Origin: Felis catus
Taxonomy: Eukaryota
Assembly (NCBI RefSeq): GCF_018350175.1
Contig: NC_058368.1
Location: 221,652,001-221,716,000, forward strand
Reading direction: 5' to 3'
DNA length: 64,000 bases
Below are positions 48,960 through 60,990 of this stretch, in pieces. The notes beneath the pieces are model-generated. The model was not told the DNA's origin, did not search any database, and saw only the letters and a program-made list of their open reading frames with translations. Position numbers and translations under genes: made by a program. Position 1 is the first letter of the stretch; every line of letters begins with the position of its first letter.

Positions 48960-49420
48960 ACTGCTTTTATTGCCTTGTATCGAGTAGTACTTCCAAAGTG
49001 GCACTAGGCTAAGTCCTCTGGTTACCATGAGAGATGAAAAGATAAACCAGACTTCCCTTGCCTTTAAGAGATCTACAAACTAGCAATAAAACTAACTGTG
49101 TAGCTCAAGATCTATAATGCACGGTGGCATGCAATAAATACTTTAATGTAAGAAAAGAGTGTTGTGGAACCACAGGGGAGTAGAAAATTAATTCTAGCTA
49201 GAAAGGTCACAGATCAATCCATGGAGGCTACAATACTTAAATTTAGATTTCAAGGATGGGTAGATTTACAGCAAATATAAAAACTGTCAAGTAGAAAGAA
49301 GAGTATGAGTTAAATCGTAGAGTTAGATAGACTATATCTTGGAGGTGAGAAGTGAAGTTTACCTGGTAAATAAGACAAATTGTGGAAGATAGGTTGGACA
49401 GAGAGTTTGGTCCATGGGAA
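48960..49420 (-). mobile_element. L2 relic, antisense
   Basis: ggcactaggctaagtcctctgg..agagatgaaaagataaaccagacttcccttgcctttaagagatctaca. Confidence 0.55.
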
Positions 49421-49431
49421 AATGCCTCTTG

Positions 49432-49656
49432 TTTTATTTTTCTTTCTTTAATGTTAATTTATTTTTGAGAGAAAGAGAGACAGTGTGAGCAGGGGAGGGG
49501 CAGAGAGAGAGAAGGAGACACAGAATCCAAAGCAGGCTCCAGGCTCTGAGCCGTCTGGTAGTGCAGAGCCCAACATGGGGCTCAAACTCACAAACCACGA
49601 GATCATGACCTGAGCCAAATTTGGAAACTTAACTGACTGAGCCACCCAAGTGCCCC
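49432..49656 (-). mobile_element. CAN-SINE
   Basis: Reverse head ...ctgagccacccaagtgcccc; T-rich tail. Confidence 0.95.
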
Positions 49657-51743
49657 AAGAAATTCCTTTTCTATTATATATTCTTTCTCATCTCTAACAT
49701 CAAAGCTTTTTTTTAAATTCTCATGATAAAACTCAAGTTATATCTTTACCACTTCTTCCTTCATTTTTCATGATTACTTCTCTCTCCAATCAGCTTGACA
49801 TTGTCATTCACTTATCAAGTTTCTTTGATAAAACTTAAATTACCTCTTCTCAAATTGTTTCTTTAAGAAATTTTAATCTACATTTCACAGCCACAAATAT
49901 GGATTCCTCCTACAATTTCTTCCCAAAATAAACCAACATTTGATTAATTCTGATTATTTAAACAGTTATTATATATTCAAAACAGTATTTTTACTACGTA
50001 AGGTCATACCTGTCATTAAGAAAGAACATGTCAGTTTTATAATGACTTTAATAAAAATACCAAAGCTATTATAAGCATTTAGTGGCATATAAATTACTCA
50101 GTTTTCTTTACACTTTTAATGATATTTTTCTATAATTTAATTATAGTATACGGGTATTTAAAAGTTCAATGTTTTGGAAGAATTTGATAGTATTATTGGA
50201 CAGGAAGAAACATTCTAAAACATTGAAAAGATACATTTTAGGGGAGCTATTTTTACTTTTTTTAAAAAAAAGATATCATTGATATGTGTTTTGTAACTCT
50301 GAATTTTTATTGTATGAATTATTCCAGAAATATTTGTGAAACTTAATATAAAAATATGTTATTGAAAACCTATGCATATGTAACTAACATTATATTTATG
50401 TTTCCATGATTGTTTCAGAGTTGACTTAACTATACTCAAAATTTCCCATGTGATTCCATGGTCCTCTCTGTCAGTTTAATTCTTAGGTAACTCAGAAACT
50501 TTGAGGCTTATAGGATAGACTAATGGTCTGTCCCTAGAAACTTAGGATCACCTTTGCCAGTAAATTTTCATTCAACATAACAGACATTCTGTGTTTCATT
50601 TCTCTTCAGTAACATCAAGGTATCACTTGGGAGATTTTTTTTTTTTTTTGTTAGCAGAATATAAAAAAGATCAATAACATAAGCTCTCAGAGTACCAGAA
50701 GCTTTCTAGCTGTCCAGAGTCATTTTCAGCCAATATTTTTGACCAATGAATTTCACTTCCTGGATTGACACTGAAAATTTCTCTCAACTAGGTATATAAA
50801 GAAAATCTGTGACCATTACTTGACAGGGTCATTGAAAATCACAATGCCTGGCTATGTGGTTTTATTTACAAAAAAAAAATTTTTTTTTCTAACTCCTTAT
50901 TGAGCAATACTTACATTGATCATATTTTCTGGAAATTTCTATTGGAATAACACAAATCTTATGCTGATTTTTTTCTTCTAATTTAGTCACAAGGATTTTG
51001 CATTGCATTGCATTGCATTTTCCAATTATTCTATGAATAAAGAATGGAAAACTGAAAGTTCTACTTATTTTCTTTCTGCCTTTTCTCCAGCAATATCCAA
51101 AATTAAGACTTTTTATTGCTACTTTTAGAAGAATTATATTGACCCAAATAAGTGAACAAATAAACCTTGAAAGTGGTAAGCTACCACATGTTTCGCATCT
51201 CATGGATTAATGGTGTGACTTTTCTACAGTATCTGGAAAGCAGGGGGTTTCAATAACTTTAGCTATCTGTCAAGCATTCAATAAATAGCTACTTTTGTCT
51301 CACGCATTTGTAGTCATTTATCAAACTTAGTTGATATTTTCTTGATTTCAGAATGACAGCTACATTCTATTTGTTTTCACATCAGTTGTATTGTGCATTA
51401 CCTTGAATTGCACTCAGTGTCTGCACCAAGTTCAGTCTCTAAAGGTTGTTATGACAACCTGGTGTTTCTAAGTGAATGGTGAGGAAAGATGTGGAATTCT
51501 GATAATCTGCTGAGAATTATTGTAACCTGTATTGCATCATGTTCATGCGACAACTCCTGAAATGGTCTACATATACTGAAAAGAGTGTGCAATCTCCTAG
51601 GTGTTGAGGCTGGGAAAAATTCTTTATCTGCCATTTTTTAATTAACCAAGCTGTGAAGATAATAATCTCTGTTTCACAAAGAGTTGGTATGAAAACATAT
51701 GAGTTGTTTATAAGAAGGATGAATGTATTATAATTCTTCCAAG

Positions 51744-51746
<3 letters not shown>

Positions 51747-51777
<31 letters not shown>
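51747..51777. repeat. (TA)n microsatellite
   Basis: Perfect TA run. Confidence 0.95.
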
Positions 51778-51786
<9 letters not shown>

Positions 51787-53318
51787 CATATTTTTCATAC
51801 AGTGCATTGGTGACTCAGTTTTTTTTTCTAAAGTAAATTACATGTTTGGCTGTATCCTTCCAGTTAGGGTAGAGAGTGTGCCTTAGTTATGACCATATTT
51901 CTGCTCTCAAACCCAGCACTAAGTAGAGGCCTGAAAGTCAATTCACATTCTCTCAAGCTGTCTGCTAGCACCCAAAGGAAGGGAGTTGTTTTAGGCTGGT
52001 CCATTCATCTCCTAATGCACAGGGTGCAGCCAAGAGCTACAAACTGCCGAACAGAAGTGAGGTTTGAGGGGCCCATCCAATGCTAGAGTGGGTTCTCCTG
52101 CTCTATTTGCTCTGAAGCTTGGGGTGGTCTTCTTGTCTTGTCTTTACACACGATTTCTTGAAGGGAACCTGACCACCATCTACTGTTACATTTAATGATG
52201 TAAACCTACTTTGGCAGGGCTCGAACCTCTCTTGGATGGTAGGATTGGACTCCCTTTCCTCAGAGGCTGTGGGTGGGAAGCAGAGACCCCTCTGGGCTCT
52301 GACATTTCTAATGGCAGTAGGTGATGGATTGTCAGCAGCTCAGCCAGCCCCAGGAGAAAGAAAGAAAGAGCAACAGTGCCCTAACAAGGTGATGCAATTT
52401 CCCCCACTGTCAGGTATGGAGCTCGGGAGAAAACCCCTGCTGCTCTAATAGACTTAAGCATGTTTCTGGACCAGTAGGTTTTTGAACAGAAGAATGAGCC
52501 TTCTGTGATATGCTCCGTCAATAAGGCTCCAAGCATTAATAAAATACATGCATACTGAACCATGGTTTCTGAGCTCTGCTCAGTGCTAGGACCTCGCTTC
52601 TGTGTTTTTCTTCCCACAGGGAATCGTAACGCCCATCCGTGCTACATATTTGTTTTAACCTCATATGTTAACTAACTCCAATAGTATCCCCGCAAAAAGG
52701 AATGTGTGAATGATAGAGTGAGAAAGCTGGATGGCGGAGATACATTCTATTTCTCTCAGCAACTCCTTGGAAGCTTCATGCAAACTAAATCAATCCCCAC
52801 TCTTTGGCGCTGGGACTCTTCCTTGTGTTGCACTGTGCCCTCCCCTTTTACAACAAGGAAAGCCAAATAACTTAAAAATCAACCAATTAGTAATAGATTA
52901 ACAGATTAATAAGCACCAATTGTTGAAAACTGTCCTTTTCAATTTATTTGCTATAATGATTCACTTTACTTCATGTTTTAATTCACTGGAGCAAACATTA
53001 ACAACCATCTATGCTCTATGCAGTCATTCTTCTGTATGGGAGCTATTGGGGGGATGAGGACGAATCAGCTCATCCAGAAAGAGGGACTTACACAAATAAT
53101 GTAAGATTTCTTCATATACTCCAAGAGATAAAGATAAAAAAGCAATCAGCTCTTTTTCAGTATCAGAGGTTGGTCAGAAAAACCCTTTGGAGGTCCTCAA
53201 TGCATTTTAAATTCAAAAAAGAAGTAACGTTCTTTATATGATTTGAATAAAAATTACAAACCGATCTACCAGTGTGTGAGAAAATCAGGTTACATTTCAA
53301 ATTGCAGGTTTATTTTGG

Positions 53319-53344
53319 TGTGTGTGTGTGTGTGTGTGTGTGTG
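53319..53344. repeat. (TG)n microsatellite
   Basis: Perfect TG run. Confidence 0.95.
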
Positions 53345-54634
53345 CACATGCGTGTGTCTTAAATGTATTTCTGCACCTATTAAACACCTACTGCAATTTA
53401 ATTTGGTGTGTATGACTTATGTGTGTGTTTGTGTATGTGTTGGTTTTTACACTTATTAAATACCTATTATGCTTTGTTTAAGATCTATTTCTTTCACTCA
53501 TCTCCATGTACCAGCACCTAACAAAACACCAGTCACAGCATTAAATAAATGGTTTCTTGACTGAATAATTAATTCAAGTATTGAATTCTTGAACCCATCC
53601 TTTATGATGTAATACTTTTGTTCCTGGATTACAGTTAATGACAAACACAGAGAAACATCGTATTTGCATCTAACTATACGTTTAAGGAAACCTTTCAGTT
53701 CCCAGATCTAATGAATTGATTGCTCTGTAAATCTTTTAGCCTTCAAAACCAGTGGTGGGGAAAGGTGCTATAGTTATTTCTAAATGTTACATTTGTATAT
53801 TTGTTTCTTATACAACTATAGATACGAAAATACACAGCCCTCACTGAAAATAGTTGTAGTTTCAGAGAGACTGTGCACACATACATTTTGTGATGAATAT
53901 CTATCCAATATATATGTATATATATATTTGGAATTCCTACTTTCGAAAAGTTGGGTAGTTCAAACAAATTGACTTTGCAGTGTTGCATCAAAAGTTCAAT
54001 GACATTGTTAGCTACAGCTGGTGACCGTTAGATGCAATGAATAAATGTCAGCAGCATTATGTGGCAAGAAAGAAGGGGTACAAATGTTTCTCTGTGTGTG
54101 TCTGTGCTCACAGGGGGATGCAATTCTGGATTTGCCCTTCTTCTTTGATGTGCCCATTTCTAAACTTGTTGTGCAATTCTGGACACAATTTTGTCCTTTC
54201 TTTCACTCTCTTGAATTTTCCTTTTATTCTGGCCATTTGTTTTTTTCAGATTCTATTAGTGCACTTCTTGAATCCCATCTTCTGCCCTCAACTACAACTT
54301 AAACTAAGTAGTTCCTGGAAATACCCATTAAAATGACCCATCCATGCTTGAAATTTCACAATTAACTTGAAAGGTAATGATCAAAACTGTTCTAAGTCAT
54401 TTGAAGTGTAGTGCAAATGAGGTATCTGCTAGCAGATAGTGAAGTTCAAAAGTTAGGAACAAGAATAAGATGTAGGAAAATGTTGTTAAGCAGTTGGTAA
54501 GGGTAAGGAGTGGGGATACATGCACCCAAGGCAAAATTCACCTACTCAGACTTTTTGTCCAGACCAAGACCAATTCTCTGAATTGGAAGCATTGAAGCAT
54601 TGCTGCTTATTTAGTTACTCTCTCTCTCTCTCTC

Positions 54635-54828
54635 CTTTTAACTTTTGTTTGAGAGAGAGAGAGAGAGCATGCTTGTGAGTGGGGCAGAGGGAAAGAGAGA
54701 GAGAGAATCTTAAGCAGGCTGCAAGCTCAGTGTGGAGCCCGATTCCACCATCCTGGGATCATGACCTGAGCTGATAACAAGAGTCATCGAGAGTCAGACA
54801 CTCAACTGAGTGAGCTGCCCAGGCACCC
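54635..54828 (-). mobile_element. CAN-SINE
   Basis: Reverse head ...tgagctgcccaggcaccc; TSD tagttactctctct at 54612-54625 and 54829-54842. Confidence 0.94.
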
Positions 54829-55149
54829 TAGTTACTCTCTCTGGCCAGTAATCTGTACCATATTATTCAGCTTTGGGATATAATTATCCCACTAATTACG
54901 TTGTTATTTAAATAAATGTACTGACACAGGCAGGTTTAGTAAGGAAGAGAACAAACACGAATATCATCCTTTTGCTTTTTCTAAAACCCATTCAGGAAGC
55001 ATAGCAGTTTCTTTGAGGATGAGAAGAGCCACGTGTCAGATCCCTGTGAACCATTTTCCACTAGAGTTTCTGAAAGATTTCTCATGGTAGATGAATTTAT
55101 TTTGGTACAACCATTTTTATACACATGTATACTTATGTCCATATATTTA

Positions 55150-55362
55150 TTTATTTATTACATGTTTCTTTATTTACTTGAGACAGAGAGGCAAATAGAG
55201 AGTGTGAGCAGAGGCAGGGCAGAGAGAGAGGGAAACAGAGAATCCCAACCGGGTTCCATGCTGTCAGCGCAAAGCCTGATGCGGGGCTTGAACTCAGGAG
55301 TCGTGAGATCGCAACCTGAGCCAAAGTTGGACGCTTAACTCACTGAGCCACCCAGGTGCCCC
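55150..55362 (-). mobile_element. CAN-SINE
   Basis: Reverse head ...ctgagccacccaggtgcccc; perfect 16-bp TSD tatgtccatatattta at 55134-55149 and 55363-55378. Confidence 0.96.
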
Positions 55363-56410
55363 TATGTCCATATATTTAAATCAAAATAAACACTTTATAT
55401 ATGGCATGAACTTCTGCCATAGGAAGAATGTGTGGCTGTTAATTATCTGGTGATGGAAATTAGGCTGGAAGAGGAAGACTTACTTCTTTCCCAGTCCAAA
55501 TTAACCCCTGGACTAAAGTAACTGGCTGCTTATGATTGGGGAACCTGAGGAAAGTGACAGCAATGAAATATGCCACTTATTCCCATTGCCATCCTAAAAT
55601 TACCATCCACTTTATAGCCATAGGATTCTCTAAGGGGGGGGGCTCATTGCATTCCAGGAAAAATCATGTTAAACCAACAAGACAGCTCATCACCATGATT
55701 GATAGCCACATCACTCTGAGCCTTGCCAAATATCTATCTGACTAAACCCAGAAGCTTTCAATCAAACAACAACAACAAAATAGAACCACTAACATTATCA
55801 CAGGAGTCATTCCAAAATATTATGCATTTTTTAATTCCCAAAATAGAGTTCAACTTACTCTTAATCATCTTACTTTTTACTGAAAATGGTAAGAATTTAA
55901 ATATGAATTTATTAACCTGAAGTCAAAGAAATTATAATGGATTTAAAACTGAATGTCCTAGATCAGCTTGGCAAAATAATCACAGGTGGCTAACTTTCTC
56001 TGCACAGAGTTGGAACAAGTCCAAGAGGACTCAAATTAGTAGCCATCAATTAAGCATAAATTTGGAGTTTTTCCTAGTTTTCTCTTGTCTTACCTGTCTC
56101 TCCTCCTCCCTCTCTTCCTTCCTGCCTTTCTCCCTTCCTTTACACTTTTGATGTGATCCAGCCACACACTCTCGACTTGTTTCCAAATAATTAATAAGGT
56201 ACATTTAGCAAAGAGAATTAAGTACAAAAATAGAAACTGCAATCATGGAATATTGATTTGCTTGAAGAAAACGTTCACTGTCCCAAATAGAGATAAATTC
56301 AGCTACTTTGGCCACATCCGAATATAGATGACTTAATCCAAAGGTGACTTCTGATGTTGTTTATTTTGTGGAGAGGCCCTGCTGGGTTATTTATTATGAA
56401 AGGATCCACA

Positions 56411-56730
56411 ATCTTGAGAAACTTAACAGAAGACCATGGGGGAGGAGAAGGGGGGAAAAAGTTATAGAGAGGGAGGGGGGCAAACCATAAGAGACTCTTA
56501 AGGACTGAGAACAAACTAAGGGTAGATGAGGGGTCCTGGAGAGGGGAAAGTGGGTGATGAGCAGCAAGGAGGGCACTTTTTGGGATGAGCACTGGGTGTT
56601 GTATGTAAGTGATGAACCATGGGAATCTACTCCAAAAACCAAGAGCACCTTTACACACTGTATGTTAGCCAATTTGACAATAAATTATATTAAAAAAACA
56701 AAAAAATTAAAAAATTAAAAAAAGAAAAGA
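56411..56730 (+). mobile_element. Heavily 5'-truncated carnivore L1 (3'UTR and tail only)
   Basis: Aligns by eye with 16117-16400 of this window (gagaaacttaacagaagaccatggg...ttgacaataaattatattaaaaa); TSD aaag(g/a)atccaca at 56399-56410 and 56731-56742. Confidence 0.95.
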
Positions 56731-59429
56731 AAAGAATCCACAGAAAGAGGGCCACATACCTATTAATTGCAATTGTGTTTGTCTCAGCCCCATGATTCGC
56801 CTGCCCTCATAGTTTGTCTATGTAAGAATGTTGATGGGGTGAAGATTTTCTTTAATGTGAGGCTGAGAAAAGAACATTGTGTTGATAATGAAGGAATTAA
56901 TTTCTTCTCCCAACTGTGATAATAATAGAATGGACCATGTGAGGGGTAATTCATTGAACATCCTCTGGGGGTTCCTCATTTCAAATAATGGAGGACAAAA
57001 AGATTTTAACTTAAGCAACTTCTAGCTTAAATATAGACTGAGAACTGTTAATATTTCCTGTTGAGTTTTCCCAAAGCAAGGTTGGGATAAAAATTCTACA
57101 TTTGTCAACTGACTTTGTTTTAGATGTATAAAGGAGACTAGAATATATTGTTAAATACCCAAGGAGACTGGAATACATTATCAAATACCTGAAGTCATAT
57201 TTTCTGGAACTCTTAATCTCTTCTAATTCTGCTCGATCTCAAATGTTATGCTACCTTAAAAGGAATGAGATCTTGTGTTTAATATAAAACTACACATTGA
57301 AACTATGGTACACTGAAACAAGTCAGGATAAGTCCAGTGTGTCATTTTGTTGGGATATATAGGCAACTTCTGGACTTAATGTCATCGCTTACTGGAATTC
57401 TAGTCTACATTCTATGAATGCGTGATGATCGTTTATGCGATTGGGATAACATTGACAGTAGATATGCCGATTGGGAGAAGTCAGAGTTTTCTTTTAGCTT
57501 GCATTATATTTTGGTATGTTTCTTAAATATTGAACTACGGTATATTAAATGTGATATTTTTACTTAAAATTTTCTCTTTTCCTTTTTCTTTTTTCCTAAA
57601 TAGTGTTGTTTGCATTTCCTTCATAAGCGATACTTGACAATGTCCTTTTATTTTGGTGCAATCTTATAGAATGAGCTTTATCGAGCTATTCTACTTTTCA
57701 AATATTGAAGGGATCACAAACATTTTTGCACTTTACATAGACCTCTGTTGCAAATCTACATATGCTGAGTCACTCTATCTCTAAAACTGTGCTTTAAAGG
57801 ATGTGGCATACATCCATATTTATTAACATGCAAATGGAAATAAACAAATGTAAAGCAGGTAATTCTTGGTCTTTCTCCATTGAGGTTGAAGCCCCGTGTA
57901 AGTTAGAATAGTAGAAGCACAAGAGAAATATACCAACTGAAATCTCTTCTTAACCAGATAATTATCTGAAAGACTGAATGTATTTCTATTTGCTCCTTAT
58001 TTTTCACTAACCGTTATGCCAAACGATTGACTTGTGTGTGACTTTACACATTTATTCAAGACTTTTATTCATAAAAAAGCTATTCAATCATTTAAACAAA
58101 CGCTAATTAAATGTCTCTGGTGGCTGCTGTGCCTGGTGATGTGCCCTGAATGGGGCGATGTGTGAGGGAAATAAATCTCAACTATTAAAGTACAGTAGTT
58201 GTTTAGCTCTTGAAAGAGAAAGAAATGCATGGAGACCCCACGCATCCACATTTAAGTGTCAGTGTTTATTATAATAAGGCAACACGAAAAATAAAGCATT
58301 TCCAGAATGATTCACTTAAGTGCCAGTCCAGTCATTTAACCTTGTTTTCCATATGTCCTAAAACAGATGAAGCTTTGAGACTTCTATTTTGTTGGTCACA
58401 TGCAGTTTATACTATCATAGGAAGTGTCTTAGACTACACCTGATATTTTACCTCATTCCGTAGGCAATAGAAGTCAAACCTTGCCGGTGTTGGGTAATTG
58501 ATATGCCAAGAAAAGGAAGTCTGGCCTCTGATGCTATAGCACAAAGAGGGTTTCAGGCAAAGCCAGCTGTTCATCATGTGTATAAAGAACCAGTACTATG
58601 GCTTTTATAGATACAGTTACTTCCTACAGCACAGGGAAGGAGAAAACAGAAAGAAAAAAAAACACATGCTTTTTTGTGATGCCTAGAATGCAAAAGAGCA
58701 GAATATGTCGTCCTGATTTTGTTCCGCATTTAAGATGCTGGTGACGTGTGTTATCAAGGCCGCACACATGTGAAAACGGGGACTAGGAAGAGGCCTCTTT
58801 AAGGTAAAATATTTTGTTTCACATCACTTCGGTAAAAGCTTCAGGAGTCTAGCTTCAAGCATGGAGTGGTAATATTTTTCTTTTAAAAGATAAGCCCCAC
58901 GAAAGCATTGCTGGTCTGTCTCTTTACAGGTCCACGCAAACAGCTTTGCTGAAGCAAGCGGTGTCAGGGAGGGGGATGTGTTCGGGGGCAGCGGGCCTCC
59001 TGATCAGAATCGCAATGTTCCTCTGCAGTGAGCTAGAAGGCAAACCTCCTTGCTCCCCACTTTCTTCGGCTAAATTATGTTAATATTGAAAAGAAAGACA
59101 CTGACCATTTAAAATATTATAAAGAAAAACATTTTGGGGTTTAGAAATTAGGCTCTAAGTATTTTTAATGACCCACGTTTATGTTTTAGGAAATACTCAT
59201 TTCACTATTCTCTTTCCATGATTGAAAAACTGTTGAAGAGGCGAAATATAAAAAATGTGATGTACAATGAGGCAGACTGATCTTATAGTTTCCTCCTTAA
59301 TAATATAAGAGTAGCATCATAAATACATTGAGTTTCCTAACAGAAATATATGATTGGATATTCTTTTCTATTCTAAATAGCACTCATTTAGAAACAGACT
59401 AATTTTCTAATATGCATCTGTTTGTATTT

Positions 59430-59720
59430 GCAAGGATATACATGTGCCTTTATTTATAATTGTGAAAGCATGAATTAACTGATGACCAGTAATGACGGAT
59501 TGGCTTTACAAAACTAGCGTGATAATTAATTTGATTAAATATTGTGTATTTATTGAAAGTATGTCATATAATAATATTTAAAAACTGAGTGGTTATCCAA
59601 TATATTATTAAATTTTAAAAAGCGGGTTATATTATGAATAGTGTCTCACTTTATTTAAGTCTGTATAGAAATGAAAATAAAGCTCAAAAACATCAGAAAT
59701 GGCTTCTAGACTTGGGGTTA
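59430..59720 (+). mobile_element. Old L1ME-like 3' end relic
   Basis: tttatttataattgtgaaagcatgaattaactgatgaccagtaatgacggattggc..ttaaatattgtgtatttattgaaa. Confidence 0.4.
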
Positions 59721-60439
59721 TGAGCGATTTTAATTTCTATGAAGACATGTGACTTCTTTATTTATATAAAATGTTGTAAATTGTTTTCTAGACTGAGGAA
59801 AAATTAATATGGTGAAGTATATTATCCATGAGTTAACACATGAGATTGTTGCCATTAATTAGTAATCATCTTCTTAAAGCTTGAACAATGACGTATTTAT
59901 TTATTATTTGAAGAAATACACATTTAATAATCTGATTGTATATTAAACAAAATTATGGAAGAGAAAAATGGAAAACATATGTCCTCTTTTCCTGTCTCAG
60001 ATCTGCTATATAGCTGGGCTGACATCATTTAGAACCTAAACTTTGTGTATGCTGTAACCAAATATTTGCCTCTAAGATATTGCCCCAGACCTAGGGAAGC
60101 TAGCCCTCTTCCCAAACTATTCTCAATGTGTCTGTTTTTTTATCTTACATGCTCAGAGTTTTTGTTCAGACGAAATGCTCAGTTAATTGGATTATTAATT
60201 ACTACTAATGCAAAAATGGTGAAAGAAAACCTTAGGAAGAGTAGCAAAGCTGGATTTGTACTGGTCCCCACTTAAACCATCTACTCACAGCTGTGCTTGA
60301 GAGTAATTTTATTCCTAGCTCTTATACCCCACAATACAGAGTGAATTACTTAAAGGAGTTTATACAGATTCCTATTAAATTAATATTGAAGGACAGTCTC
60401 ACGCAACCTGGTACCGAATTTTCTACAACTCAAAAGTTT

Positions 60440-60654
60440 TTAAAAAATTTTTTTAACGTTTATTTATTTTTGAGACAGAGAGAGATAGATCATGAATGGG
60501 GAAGGGTCAGAGAGAGGGAGACACAGAATCTGAAACAGGTTCCAGGCTCTGAGCTGTCAGCACAGAGCCCGATACGGGGCTCGAACTCACAGACTGCAAG
60601 ATCATGACCTGAGCTGAAGTCGGCTGCCCAACCGACTGAGCCACCCAGGCACCC
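60440..60654 (-). mobile_element. CAN-SINE
   Basis: Reverse head ...ctgagccacccaggcaccc; TSD ttctacaactca(a/g)aagttt at 60421-60439 and 60655-60673. Confidence 0.96.
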
Positions 60655-60699
60655 TTCTACAACTCAGAAGTTTATTCCTGGATGCCAGCAGTGACAATT

Positions 60700-60990
60700 A
60701 GCAGCCTCATGTGGACCAGGAGAGGCAGAACAAGGAGTGCATGGTGAAAAACCATGTTATACAAGGAGTAGTTGAAGAAAATGGATGTGTTCAGTCGGAA
60801 AAAGAAATAATAAGGAATATGAGGGATGCTTTCCAGTATTTGAAAGTCATCGTGTAAGCCACAAATCCTTAGTGTCTCTAGAGAGTAAAATAGCGACAAT
60901 TTGGTGAAAATCACAGGAGGCCAGATTTTAACTAGGTTAAGAATATCTTTTCAACCCCCAAGAAGTGTTCCAGGTTATTACTGATGCTTA
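60700..60990 (+). mobile_element. CR1/L3 relic
   Basis: gttgaagaaaatggatgtgttcagtcggaaaaagaaa..tttccagtatttgaaagtc..caggaggccagattttaact resembles the L3 3' region. Confidence 0.6.

Noticed and set aside
50870..50888. A10-T9 palindrome
   Set aside because: Adjacent homopolymer runs, a common slippage product.
57435..57476. Two cgATTGGga words 30 bp apart, like tandem CCAAT boxes
   Set aside because: The flanks deviate from the NF-Y consensus and there is no promoter context; a short local duplication is more likely.
322..60654. Recurrent 200-bp repeats read as a CRISPR-like or novel array
   Set aside because: They are dispersed, irregularly spaced, in both orientations and each has its own TSD, so they are ordinary SINEs in a mammalian genome.
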